Assembly: GCF_037042905.1 (NCBI RefSeq)
Contig: NC_087251.1
Coordinates: 44,146,001-44,210,000 of the forward strand
Length of the DNA: 64,000 bases
Origin: Lytechinus pictus
Lineage: Eukaryota
Reading direction: 5' to 3'
Shown here: positions 1-13,547 of the stretch, one piece after another
Position numbering within the stretch: the first letter of the stretch is position 1
Layout of the letters: each line of letters starts with the position of its first letter
Position numbers and translations under genes: made by a program
The notes under the pieces: generated by a model
Seen by the model: only the letters and a program-made list of their open reading frames with translations
What the model was told of the DNA's origin: nothing
The model's database searches: none

Positions 1-3000
1 TGTAATGTGGATACCCATTCAGATTGGAGACGTTACTATTTATTATAAATATTAAAAGGATATAGATATTTGGAATGAAGACCACTTTCCTTCTGTGTTT
101 CCGAGGGTGGCTTGAGAGTCAAGAGAAAAGGGCGGTACCTGTGGGCGTTGCAATATATTAGCATCGACACATGAGCAGCTTAGTCTTGCAGGCACAGACC
201 TTTGTTTTTTGTTTTTCTGCAATTTGCATAGATTGCAATATATGCAGAGTCTGAAGTAGTGAGACTAGATCTCATGTGACACAACCAGAGAGTCTTGCAT
301 GATCTAGTCTTTAATCTAGACTTGGTATAATTTGTTATAATGTCTAAGATGAGTCTGTGCTTGTAGAATACATATACGAGCAGCTCATTTCAGAGTTGGC
401 TTTTAAATATATTCACAAAATGTAAATGTCAGCCTTGCCCAGAGGCATAGGCCTATGTAGGTGGAGTGAGTGAAGGCCCCTGTGGTCTATTACATAGCTA
501 CATACATGTTGTACGTACAACATGATTTGTGATGATCCGTCAGAATTTATACACTCAGTGGGTCATTAACTAGTTTAATCCGACAGACTAGTCCAGCAGC
601 CTGTTCCCCTGTGTGAGCTAGGGAGGAAACAGTGACCTTAAATGACCTTGATTAGTTCCATTACATGGAAAAGACAGATCTCCCACAGACATGGTTATAT
701 GAATGGGAGTCCTATTGAATATGCTAGGCAATGTGACATGTTTGGGTCACGTGCCTTCTATTTGAAGAATTGAAGAGTAATAGGCTACGTATTTTGATAA
801 ATTATGTACATCTTGTTTGAGACTTTGAAGATTTTTTAATAAAAAATAATTAAAATTTACATACATGTACGTAAGTTCTCATTACAAGCAAAGCTACATG
901 TACAAGTATGATGAAGTTAATCTGATATCCTTCCTGATCAAGTTAAATTCATATTCTGCATGGTCATGATTATGACTCAATAGGGATTGTGAATGATTAT
1001 TAAATTCTATATAACTTTACCGATTTCACTTATGAAAATATTTTTGAAATATGATGATAAGCATGAATTTGCATAGCACAGCTGGATAAGAACTCTTGTT
1101 AGGCCTGAATACTCAGTTCTATGAAGCAAGTATACAAACTAAATTTCTAAACTATTAGTAGATAGGCCTACGTATTAATTTAAATTTGAAGATCAATGTA
1201 GAATTTCTCATATCAAACGTCAGTATATTCCACAGTTTAGTCTAGGATATTCCGAAGTGAATATTTGAGAAGTTCATGGCAGGGGAATAAAATTGCATGG
1301 GCTCATGCTCAAAAGAGGAAACTAAAAAAAAAGGAAGCTCTGGGAAATCCCCATTTATTGCAATGTTATAAGCTTATCCAAAGTTGGAGATTTAGGCAGT
1401 AACTTGTGAAAAGTAGCCTAGAAAAAAAAATTGTTTGCCTTCTTTAGTTTGCATTCCATAGTTTTATGATGTTCTGAATGAATACTTTGGGAAGTTCATG
1501 GAAAGACTTGTCTAGGTGTGGACGTTGTTGTTTGAAGGAAGGGCATCGAGAAAGGGCGAGGGTGAACAGGAAGTTCAATGTACCATAGTACATGTACATA
1601 CACTGACACGGGTAATGATGAGGTGGGACCATTGCTTATCTTTGTTGACTAGGAAGGAAATCATTACCTGAAAGATTATACTAACCTGACCAATTGTCTA
1701 CATGTACATTGTACATGCACACATTGCATAGGACTTTCCATTGTTTGCTGCGTGTCCAAGCATCAGTGTTTTAGCTTTTATCCAGGTTAAAAAAAATATT
1801 GTCTAGGATTTTCAGGGATATGATAAAATGCAGGCCTACAAAGTTTACCTGTAGTGCACTATAGCACAGCAAAAAATCTGTTATTTCATCAAATAGCATT
1901 ATAACTTCCTTGAGGCTTTACAAAAAATACAAAATACACATGTACTTGCAGTACCTGTGTATACTCACATACAGTATATAGTATACCTTCTATAAGTCGA
2001 ATAATCACTGAACACAAAATAAAAATTGAGACCAGATTTTATAAGACTTGATTTTTTATTTTCTGTATTAAAAAGTCAATATTGCCTATTAAAGCCAAAT
2101 TGATGTTTTGGGTCGAAAGAGATCATTTGACTATAGGCAGAGATTCCTGTACATGTATGCAAGTATACTTACATGTATGCATACATGATTAATTCATATT
2201 GTACGTTGCGAGATAATCATACTGCTATGCTATGCTTCATCATTTACTTTAGTCTTCATCAATGTACATAAATGTCAGCGCCCATCATGTAGGCCTGTAC
2301 ATGTATACACCTTCATAGCCCCATCACACTTTGCATCAATCCCTTTCTAGAAAATGTCACTTAGTTTGCATTATGGGGGCTGACTTTCCTCTATTGTACA
2401 AACTAGCATTCAGACTTAAAAAAAAGAGCGAACTCTTTAATAATGTAAGGATTTTGTACCAACATGTAAGTCCTACAGTATTTAGCTGTGCAAAATTCTC
2501 TAATAATCATGAACATGTAACTCTATTCCAGTATTATGGAGTTGTTTTTTAATAAAAGCAGGATACCATTAATATATTTGTCTAGTCAGAGGTCAACATT
2601 ATGCTTGGTTGACTTCCTTTATTGTCTCTTTATTCCAGAGTAGCAATTATGATCAAACAGGTAAAAAACATTATGAAACGCAGTGAATTTTCAAGAAAAC
2701 AATGAATGCATGAATATACATCATGGCTAGAAAATATTTTGAACAAACATGCATAATAGATGTTGACGTTGCTGGCCATCCATAGTTACGATTGATCGGA
2801 TCAATTGTAACTCTTTGTAAGACGGGGCCCTGTTGTTTTCTGTGACTAATATCAATGGTTTAAACATAGTGAATGTAAGAAAAAAAAAATGTACTGATGG
2901 AAGAAAAAAAACCACCTGACAGAATGGTGCTATTATTTTCTGATGCCCCCAAACATTGACAAAAAAAACAAACCCTTTTCACTTTTTCAGTCCAACCAAA

Positions 3001-3242
3001 CACACAGAAATACCTGGTATATTTTGATCGGGAAATCGACCCCAATCTACCCATATTAGAATTATAGGAAGCTTTTTTGCACTTGTATAATGGAAATTAC
3101 TTGTGATATCCCCTAAAGAAAATACCTACCAATCTGTACTTCACAAACTTACAATAATTTTTGCAGGGATTGCCCATTTGAATTGCTCATTTATTGACTG
3201 TTCTTATCGAATTTGTTGTGGTTTTCCATTTGTTTTCTGCAG

Positions 3243-3379
3243 AGCCATCAGCTTTAAAGGGAAAGACCCTGATTTCTGCAGTGAAAAGTGCCCCCTTGAA
3301 GGATGCGGAGATCCAACAACTGATTGAAATTCTTCTCAACCGTCAGGGAGGATCTGCATCAGCTGATGACTGGGTCAAG
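3243..3379 (+). CDS. RRBP1: RRBP1/kinectin-like gene, first coding exon in the window (phase 1->0): PSALKGKTLISAVKSAPLKDAEIQQLIEILLNRQGGSASADDWVK
   Basis: Acceptor ttttctgcag, donor AAG|gttcgt. Peptide resembles, from memory, vertebrate RRBP1 'KTLVSTV...EAQRLIEIL...DTWHK'. Probably co-orthologous to RRBP1 and KTN1. Upstream exons lie outside the window. Confidence 0.9.
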
Positions 3380-3525
3380 GTTCGTAAATTTCTTTTTTTA
3401 ATTTTAAACAAAATCCCCAAAACCACAAAAAAAAAAGGTTTGTTACTTCTCATTTCTCACTAACTATCCACCCCGCTCTTCTTTCTTCACTTCTTCCTCA
3501 CTGCCAACTTCCCATTTATCAAGTC

Positions 3526-4318
3526 AAGGGTATGTTTATGTTTCCACTTTTAAGGTCAGAATCAACGTTTTCATAATACGCATTTAGGTCGAAACACAGT
3601 TGCATCCTTTCACAATTTCATTTAAACAGCATTTCAAAACACCGTTCTTAAACTTAAAAAGTCGCGTTTATGATTGTCATTTCTCCAGAATCACAGTTCC
3701 TGGAGGAAAACATGACCATGGTGATCGTGATCACACAATCAGTTTTAAATGATATGTTTTGGTACATGTTTCTGATGTGAATGAGAATCTGCGCATAAAT
3801 GCAGGCACATACATGTAGTTTTAATAATGGCCAACAAGTAACACATCCATAGTTCTTGAATAAAGTACTATCGATACTCCTCTAATTTGTCTTCATAACA
3901 AATGTTAATGGATCAGACTAACGAGAGCATGAGCTATATAATGAGGTGAGATCGCCGAGCCAGTAGCGCAAATGAAACCGTATCTGTAACTGAGGTTTCT
4001 TATGTCTTGATATTCATTATCCTCACCATGATGGAAACTCTATGGCTATGCCAAGTAAGTAAACAAAATAGTACCTAAAATATTGTTTTAAGTTTTAATA
4101 AAATCACAATAAAGACGTCCATAACAACACTCTGAAAAAAAAAACTCTCAGAAAAATGGTGCTCCCAATTAGTCACTTGCGAAGCCAGCTGCAGATTGTG
4201 ATTTCGTCTCTGAAAAATTAAGCTTAAACAACACTCCTAGAACCATGTTTGCGATCGGCGTTCTGAAATAGCGTTTCAAAACGGTGATTCTGTCTTCGTA
4301 ATGGAAGCATTCAAACCC
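3526..4318. mobile_element. Diverged ~800-bp palindromic MITE
   Basis: gggtatgtttatgtttcca..cagaatcaacgtttt / aaaacggtgattctg..tggaagcattcaaaccc. Confidence 0.6.
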
Positions 4319-4845
4319 AGCCAAATTTGTATGGAGTTACTTACAGGCCCTGTCGATTAGATCGGCCCTTAATTTTAACATTTTGACATGCGCTATCAGT
4401 GAAACGCATCAGCTCCCCTTTATAGAACTTGTTATAATAACAAATTTTCAATAACAGTTATAAGCTACTGAAATCCTTCAATCTGATTGGCTGATTGTAG
4501 ACTTGTTATAGACTTTGTGCATCTGTTATTATGACAGGTCTTTATGAAACAGGACCCTGATGTGTTCGACATTAACAATGTTCAAGGAAAGGTGGATCAT
4601 GCTTATCATCTGTGCAAATTTGAATAGAAAGGAACATGTGATTGATATCGTTATTTTGATAATTAACATTGAATAACCACAACCTTGTAACACCCACTTT
4701 CATGTTCCCAGCAATGCACACCCTCAACATAAGTTCTAAAGTACATGCTTTGTATTCCTAATTCAGTTTTGTAAACATAAATAGTTTTATAAACTCAGCC
4801 CCTGGCCTGAGGGGTTGGGAGGATAGAATTTGTTGGGGAATTCCT

Positions 4846-5117
4846 GGGCCCCGTCTTACAAAGAGTTACGATTGATCCGATCAATCCTAACTCTATGGAA
4901 ATCCATCAGTGTCATAATTTTTTCTATGAAAAATTTGCACAATGTCCTTTGTATGCAAAGAGAAGCGCAGTAAATTATCAAGAAAACAATGAATGCATGA
5001 ATGTATATCATAGCTAGAAAATATTCTGAACAAACATGCATATTAGATGTTGATGTTGCTGGTCGTCCATAGTTGCAATTGATCGGATCAATTGTAACTC
5101 TTTGTAAGACGGGGCCC
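4846..5117. mobile_element. Palindromic MITE (Harbinger-like); partial copies at about 2640-2830 and 5125-5345
   Basis: TIR gggccccgtcttacaaagagttac / gtaactctttgtaagacggggccc, in ctg/cag context. Confidence 0.85.
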
Positions 5118-5939
5118 AGGAACTTATATACAAAGAGTTTTTTCATCCAATGAACCACAACTATGGAAAGCCAGCAACGTCAACATCTAAACTGCATGTT
5201 TGTTCAAAATGTTTTATTAGTATATTGTATACTCATGCATTCATTACTATCTTAACAATTCAATGTGCTCCTCTTTGTTTACAAAAGGACATAGTGCAAA
5301 TTTCCTGTTGGAAAAATTATGACAATTATGGATTCCCATAGTTGAGGTTGATTGGACAACTCATAGTTAGACGTGATTTTGCTGCATCTAAAGTATCTGG
5401 GTATCATTTGTTTTAGAATTTGTTAGGAGGATTCCTCATAAATCAAAATATACACTCTTTTATCTACACTCATATCTAAATAGGATATGAAAGTAATGAA
5501 AATTCATTGGGAATTAATTTTATATTGATATAATTTTTAAAGGAAATGAGTAAAGGCCTTGTTTTTGTTCACGCATTGAATTGAAATATCATTTCCGTAA
5601 ATAGTAAACGTCGTAATCAGTATGACTTCTTAGAAAAAGTGGATTCAAGTGCAGTATATTAATGGGATATGGGATAGCTGTGTAGAGGTAATCTGTATTT
5701 GCTGGTAGTGTAGTAAGTTTAATTTAGTCTAGTGTGCTTTCCTTGTACATATTCTGCTTATCCATAGAACTATATCGTGCTTTTAGAATGATATTGGAAC
5801 TCATGTAAATACTGATAACTGTAGGGGTGATAAATGATTCAAAATCAAATTAAGATAAGTTTTAAGCAATTATATTAATGCACCCTGCAAAATTTGATGA
5901 AATTCTGGTTGTATGTTTACTAACATGTATCTTATAGTA

Positions 5940-6140
5940 TATTTTATTTTAATTTTTTTCTTAATTTTATTTTTTTATTTATTTATTTATTCATTTATTT
6001 GTTTATTTTATTTCATTTTATTTTTTATTTATTTATTCTATTTGTTTAATTATTCATTTATTGATTCACTTATTTGTTTATTTCATTTTATTATTTATTT
6101 ATTTATTTTCATTTTGTTTTATTTCATTTCATTTTATTTA
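5940..6140 (+). repeat. (TTTA)n-like low-complexity tract
   Basis: Seen directly. Confidence 0.9.
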
Positions 6141-6724
6141 TCGATTTTTTTTTTTTGGGGGGGTTATACATGTATATACAGTACTGAAATTCTTATATGA
6201 TGGTGCAATGGTAAAAACTATAAACCCTCATCTCCACTCCCCTCTGTATCTGATGAATGGTTATATTGTTTATGATGCACTGCAGTTCAAATGATAATAC
6301 ATGTGCAAGCACCGTGGTCCTGCATTAATTCTTAAATATCAACACCTTAATTACTTTAATGTTTTGACTATAGAATCATATATCGCTATATGGTTATATT
6401 TCAACATTTTACTCATGTGATATCAATACATTCTATAAATACGATTTTACTTATAGTTCATCAATAAATCTTTCATCTTGGTCCCATAACACAAAGGTTA
6501 GTGATGAATTGTACGCTTGATTTTCCCAATTAATGATACATTGTAGTCGATGTAATCATATAAAAATGTTCTAGGATGATTGCTAAGCTTTGTGTTACGG
6601 CCCTTGGTCTTTCAATCACCGAAAAATAACCACAAACTAGAGACCTTCAATTATTTCTATGAAATTTACTGTTTAGGAAGAGGGACTGGCTCTGAATATA
6701 TGTGGTATGTTTTTGTCTTTGTAG

Positions 6725-6797
6725 GCTAATCAGAGGAATGACCCAGTTTCCGCTCTCAAGAAACAGCTCCAGGAGAAAGAACAGGCTCTCCACAATG
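6725..6797 (+). CDS. RRBP1: RRBP1/kinectin-like exon 2 (0->1): ANQRNDPVSALKKQLQEKEQALHN
   Basis: Acceptor tttgtag, donor G|gtgaga. Resembles RRBP1 'ATQKGDPVAILKRQLEEKEKLL'. Confidence 0.92.
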
Positions 6798-8458
6798 GTG
6801 AGAATATTGTACTTCTAAGATAAGCATATCATTGTTTAAAAAAAAAAACAGTTAAAAAAAAACCCTTTATTGGCACCACTTCACTTTGAAATATGAGAAG
6901 AAAAAAATGCTCGATCACCCACTCATATCTGTTAGCATCTTCTCTTTCTCTCCAATAAATATTATAATTATGTTATGGTGGGGGAGACCTAGTCTGCAGG
7001 CACAGACCCTGATTGAAACTTTGATCAACAGATGTGTCTCCATGCGAAGACTAGCACATACAAAACTTGCTGTTTCAGAGGGCCTTCAGTACACAAGGCA
7101 TGAGTAGGCTGCAATTCAGACCCTTTACTCGAGTGAAGGGTTTGCACAGCAGACTAGGGGAGACCAGTCTTTAAAAAGCAATTGGTCTATGCTGGCTCCC
7201 CCCATATTAATTTTTTCCTTCCTGTTATATCTTTTGTTCTTTGTGCCTTTATTTGTGGATTGATATATAGATCTTCTAAGTTTGAATTATTTGTTATGTT
7301 TTTTATGGGAATTTGAATGTATGTATGTATGTGGGTCTTGTACTACTGTAGTTGAAAAAATGTATGGTATTATATTTAAAAGTTTATTTAGTTTACCATG
7401 TGTTGTACCTTATTCAAATGCACAAGATGCTGTCTGGCATGTTTCAATAATTTCTGCAAAATTATCAGCTGTATGATTCTAAATAGGAGTCCTCTCTTTA
7501 AGAAGCAGCAGCGATGCATGGCAGCTTTAATCTGGCTCGTTTTTTGGAGGTCGGTCTGTTAAGCTGACATTTTTGTGGCATTAAAGAAATCAGGAGAATA
7601 ATGCAGACACAGTTGTTTTGCCATGCATAGGGGCAATCTTTGCTGATGACCTTCGTACCCCAAGTCTTTTAATCTAGTAGCTGACCATTTGAAGCTCATG
7701 AGTGTCTTGCAAGCAAATCAGCTGTCCTCTGTGAAAATGAGCAGTTCTCTTCAATTTTCATTAATTTCAAAGAGATTTTGTGTTTACTTCTGAATGTACA
7801 TTATTTGTTTTATTTTTTATATGTATAGTTTAATATGCCTTTTGTTCTTGCTGTTGTAAAGAGGATGGGCTTAAGTCAACATATGAAATTACTCCATTGT
7901 CTTTAGAGATCGTGCAGTTCTGCATGTAATCAGTTATGAAATGCTAAAAACATACGAGAAGAGACTAAATCTTATTTCTATCATACAAAAAGGTAATTTG
8001 TTTTTTATGGCAAAGTTTGAAAAGTGACGAGTGAAGACTTTCTTTTTCTGGGGGGGGGGGGGGTGCTATTTTCAAATTTCTCTTGATTGTAATAACCTTA
8101 AGCCTTTGCCAAACATAACGTCTCAAAGTACAGCTGCATTTCTCAGTGTTTAGACAACATCTGGATTACTTTACATTTCAAAAGAAAAACAATTGTCAAT
8201 AGTTTTGCAGGCAATCTCTGATGTAATTATTTGCCTATCATGAAGTGAATTTATGCAACTTTTGAGGCCAAAAAAAAAATCAAATTTTTTAAAAAGAAAG
8301 AATTGAGTGGTGAACAGCTTTTTCATACCCATGTGACACGTCCCACCCCTAAAAAAGAAAAAAAAGAGAATCATTTGTCAAATACTTTGTTTTATCTATC
8401 CTAGTTTTTCACTATCTCAGAACATTGATTGTGTATAATGATCAAAATATGTATATGT

Positions 8459-8718
8459 AGAGGTGTTGCGGCTCAGTGGATAATTTCACGGACTTTGAAC
8501 CACAAGGTCCAGGGTTCAATCCCACCGCAGCACTAGTGTCCTTTGGCAAGGCGTACATTTGCCACTCTCCACCCGGGTGTAGTAAATAGGTACCCAATAG
8601 GAAGGAATTCCTGAATGCTTGAGCGTCCGATCAGGGTTGCCATGCTAAAGCCAGGGTAATAGTGTGCAGTGCTTGGAATCATTTGTATCAAGCGCTTTAT
8701 AAATGTTGCGTAATATTA
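8459..8718 (+). mobile_element. tRNA-derived SINE with L2-like 3' tail
   Basis: A box (gcggctcagtgg), B box (gggttcaatccc), body gtgtcctttggcaaggc...aaataggtacc, tail aagcgctttataaatg. Confidence 0.85.
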
Positions 8719-8732
8719 TGTTTTTTTTTCAG

Positions 8733-8890
8733 AGATGCTTCTTGCCCAGGCTGCCTCCCAGAAGGTGAAGGAATTACGTCATGAGTTGAACCACCAGAAG
8801 GAGCATTCAGGCAGCGTAGAGACGCAGTTTAAGATGAAGCTTGAGAGCCAAGCTCGTGAGATTGAAGCCTTCCATGTCCGTATGCAACAG
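8733..8890 (+). CDS. RRBP1: RRBP1/kinectin-like exon 3 (1->0): EMLLAQAASQKVKELRHELN...REIEAFHVRMQQ
   Basis: Acceptor ttttttcag, donor CAG|gtaata. Resembles RRBP1 'KLRELNKE...EQEITAVQARMQ'. Confidence 0.92.
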
Positions 8891-11800
8891 GTAATAACAC
8901 AGACTCTTGATTGTATGTTTACCGTGAGATAGATCATAGATATGACATTGAGATATCTAGTGTGATCTTGATGAAAATCAGCATGCATGATGACACCCAT
9001 GCTGTAATCTATGAAATTATCTACTTGATTATTGAAAATTAATTCAAATTTGTTTGTAATTGACTAATTATGCTAATTTATATGTGAAATTAGAATTCTG
9101 CTATGAATCTGTAAATGAAGTTCCTATACTCATATTTTAGGGGGCTATTCTCTCTAGAGGATTATTCTTGAGTGGCAATGTTAAAAGATTTTCTTATGTA
9201 CTTCTTAGTTTTTGACATCTTGTTCACTGTTTTTACGATGGAAATCTTTGGCAACACTATTCTGGTCATAAACAATATGAAATCTTGATTTTAATAAAGA
9301 AAGTAAAAATAATGATCCATTCATGAAATGTATGAAATCATGTATTTTAACAAGTTATATTCTGAGATGCATATTCAAAATCCTGCTTATTCTTCATCTT
9401 TGTAACCTCATACCTGCACGAAGAACTTTCCCCATAGGCACACAGTAGACGGATTCCCTGCACGCTGATTGGCTGATCGCGCGACCCTCTTCCCTTCCTC
9501 GCCCAGCGCTGTGTGTGAGAATCTTTACACCGCGCGATCGGCTGACTCACGGAGCACAACACTCTGTCGGGTAAAGATGCCAGCGTGTAGATTTCGGGCG
9601 CATGTTCGGATGATATCGGCACTTCGGCAGGCAGTGTCCGAAGTCTAAGCAAAACATGTGGTTTTCATCGGGTTACGCAAGGCCGAAGGTCGCTTGCATA
9701 AATTGTATTTGCATAGAGTACAGTGCACAGCGTATTTATAATGTACATGTATACTTGTCTGTACTGTCTACTGAATTCTGCGTTGCCCCCGCGATAGATG
9801 AATTTCCTGGTAGACTGCCTTATGATTAGATGCTCGGCGCAGACTTCATAAATTAACTTTGTTTTTTAATAGAATCATTTGATGTTATAAAAGAGTGTAT
9901 TTGTAGGATGTTTGAACCCTGAAAGGCAGTACATTACTACATTTTATTAGAGCATATTATAAGTTGTATTTTCTGTGTGCTTACGAGAATTCATGTACTT
10001 GTGACACTTTGTCTGGAGTGTGGGAGTGCTTCTAGACTAGCATGAGTCTACCCAGTTGTATGGACAGGTTGTGCGTCCGGACGATCAATTTTAGAAAGTC
10101 ATTTGGAAAAATTTACAAGCGAAGTTTCATCAATTTTTAGTACAAGATATTAGGAAATATTATGGAGAACAAGATGATTACAACCATTGAATTCATACTT
10201 TTAGTGTAATGCAAAGACAAAAAAGAAGGCTTCAAAAATATAGTGTCCGGACGCCCGACCCCCCCCCCCCCCCATCCTACAACTACGAGAGTGAGAACGA
10301 ATGTGACGTGATTGTGTGTTATAATTTTCATATTCTATTTGACTTAATTGTTGGTTTATAATTCAATTATTTTTTATTAACTATTTGACAATTTTCTGTT
10401 TTGCTGGACAATATCATTATAAGAGTTTGAGTATTCAATATCTTTGTATTATGCATTTCTACTCGAGCTAAGGTGTTTCATCAACTTTCAGACAGGAATC
10501 TTAGAAATCAATTTTAACAGAAAATATTTTTTTATCTAAAATTGATTTTACATGAGATATCAAAGTGATTGTTTTCAGAAAGGTGGTTTAATCAACGATC
10601 TAAAATGGGATTATTTAAAATTCACAATAGTCATATAAAATATATTTTCTATATTAAAAAATTATTTTCATTGTCAATATCATATTGAGATTGATGAAAC
10701 ACATGTAATTACAATGACTGAAATGTTTTAACATTATTACAGCTAGTATTATTGTTCTACTGAACAATTCAATAAAGATATTGAGCTATTAACTTTTTGT
10801 TTATTTCGTTCATGTTCACGAAAATATTATACTTTTGCATTTTATTGGAAAATGAAATACTCTCCCTCCCCATACCCTCTCCCCCAATTCCCTCAGTCCT
10901 AAACGTTGTTTACAATAAATGGTTATCATTTAATACCAATATAGGGTTTTTGGTGGTTTTTCCTCACTCCGATGTGCTGAGAAAATAGAAATTCCAAAAA
11001 AAGGGGTAGACTCCGATCTCCCTGGTCTAATCATGGACTAATTATCTGGATGCCGATGGTAATGTAATTTTCTTACCCATTTTGAAACATGGTGCATAAT
11101 AATGGAATGTTTATATTAGATGACAAGAATATATCTGACCTCTATTATATCAAAGTGCAAACAATATTTTATGTAATAGCTTTCAGGCTTTAACATGTCA
11201 CAGCCACGGCAATGGTGACATTTCATGAAATAATTGTGAATGTATTTATGAAGATATCGTCAGTACCTAACAATGTAAATAAGATACCATATATGTAACC
11301 GTATGTTATCTATGGTGATTGGGAAATCTATACCTTGGATCGGGAGGGGTACGTGATTCAACAGATTCCAATAGAAGTTCACATTCAACAATCTGACAAG
11401 ACTTCATGAAGCATATTTCTGATGGAATTGAACAATTCATCGAAAGATATAGATATCAAGTTAATTGATTTGTCTGAACGTTTAGGAGCATGTATTTCGT
11501 CTGTTCACCCCTATCTCTACACGAGTTGATACTATTTTTATTTGAATATCGTTGGAAATTTCGATGCATTGTTCAATTTCAATTGTCTTTATATATTTTA
11601 TATCTGAATAACGCTTCAAAAATAGTTATCTTTACAACGGCATCGGCCTAGTTTGTAAGAGTTTATTTATGAAATGATAGTTGGAATGTGAACGAGAACA
11701 CTCGGCCCTAAAGCCGATGGCACGTGATCGAATTAATTAGTATTGCTTGAAAATGGTGTTTCCCGAATTCCCGTCATTGGGTGAAATCCTCTTCTGTAAC

Positions 11801-12247
11801 TTTAAAACTGCACTTCTATGGAAACTTACTGAATCACTCACCTCTCCCCAGTACAAGAAAACATTTCCAAAATCGCCCAAATTAAGATGTAAAGATTAAT
11901 CAACCATCATCGTAATCAGCAGTGACAACATTCGCTTCGAACACCCCCCCCCCAAACACACACACATGATCTCAATTCTCAACATCCCCTCTTCATTTAT
12001 GGACCACTTTCTCTTTTGCTCGATCGCTCTTTGCGACCATCCTACCCCCCCCCCCCCCTCTCGCACACTACACGCTGATGCAGAGTAGCAACAGTAGCTC
12101 CATGAGTGTGGTATGCAAAAAAAATTAGGCCTGTCGAACTATTTTCATAACATTTAGAATCGTATTTAAAAAAAAATTGTGAGGTACATGTATGCATTAT
12201 GAAAACATTCGTGATCATGGGTGAACAAATGAAAGAACAATAAAAAT

Positions 12248-12446
12248 CACTGGCGGATCCGGGGGGGGGGGGGCACAGCCGGCCCGTGCGCCCCCCCCCC
12301 CACCATTGAGAGGCACAAGTAAAATTTGTAATTTAAAAATGGTGTTAAAAACAGAAGCGTGCCCCCCCCCCTTTAGAAAGTGAAGACCAAATCCCCTTAA
12401 TTATTTTTGGTTGAAACCCTTAAAAAAAATCCTGGATCCGCCCCTG
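12248..12446. mobile_element. GC-ended MITE; sister copy at about 22122-22398
   Basis: cactggcggatcc(g)n ... ggatccgcccctg. Confidence 0.8.
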
Positions 12447-12675
12447 AAACAAATGAAAATAATTATAATTCATATTAAAAACGAAATAATTAAATACGAA
12501 TTATAAACTTTAACAGAAAGCTATTAATTATGAAAGTTATATTAATTTTATCCGAAATTGAAAAACATTCAATTTATAAAGAGAAGTTTGGGACCCTGTC
12601 TAATGAATTATTAATTATTTGGAAGCCTCGGAACAATTGATCTTGGGATCTCACGGACCGAGGGGCTATGTCCTT

Positions 12676-13219
12676 ATACCTCGGTCACATTATTTTGCTC
12701 TACGGCGGCCATACGGCGAGTCGAAAACAGTCGTTTTAATATTGTTTTTGTACCAGCTACATATTGGTGGTTTATCCATGTATAAAAATGAATAAAAATG
12801 CTGTTTTCGACTCGCCGTGCGGCAAATGTGACCGAGGTACGAGTCTGTCATAGACATGAAAAACAATGGTTGACAGACAGAACCAAAACACGCATTCAGA
12901 AAATTAAATCACAATTTCAAAAGATGTAGAAAGTATGGGGTAAATTTATTGATCAATATGTGAATAAATCTGGCTTTAAGTAATTTCGTTGGACTTTATA
13001 TCAATCCTTTCCAGTTTTCCATTAAAAGATGTTCTTTAAATGTTGACGTCCTTAGTATAGTAGTCACATTTGCTCTACGGCGGTCGTACGGCGAGTCGAA
13101 AACGGCCGTTTTATTCATTTTTATTCAAACCATGTATATGTACACTGGTACAAAATAATGTTAAACTGCTGTTTTCGACTTGCCGTACGGCCGCCGTAGG
13201 GGAAATGTGACTGGGGTAT
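12676..13219. mobile_element. Two copies of a ~160-bp hairpin MITE (about 12676-12839 and 13061-13219)
   Basis: gtcacatt..gctctacggcgg..tacggcgagtcgaaaac / ctgttttcgact..ccgt..aaatgtgac in both copies. Confidence 0.8.
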
Positions 13220-13485
13220 TAGAGTGACATATAAAAATAATAAAGTTGATGCAGTTGCAAATTGTTAAATCTTTATTAAAAGAAATCATGATATAGGGGT
13301 TGGCTTACTCTTTACAGTTTGGCTTTAATTTATTTTTGATGATTTTCATTATACTTTTCATGAACAGTGTTTTACATGTATTCCGTGAAAGTGAATGTCA
13401 TTCCAGAATTCCATGTTTTTTGTATAATTCATACTGAACTGGAAAATCTTATTGAAGGCAAATTTAATGCATAAGAATTTATTGA

Positions 13486-13487
<2 letters not shown>

Positions 13488-13543
<56 letters not shown>
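13488..13543. repeat. (TA)n microsatellite
   Basis: Seen directly. Confidence 0.95.

Positions 13544-13547
<4 letters not shown>

Noticed and set aside
1..3242. Upstream exons (transmembrane anchor, Lys-rich or decapeptide repeats) of the RRBP1-like gene
   Set aside because: No supportable exon seen; the region looks intronic.
8459..8535. Possible tRNA gene (also 16285-16350)
   Set aside because: A and B boxes are present, but the cloverleaf is degenerate and the sequence continues into a SINE body.
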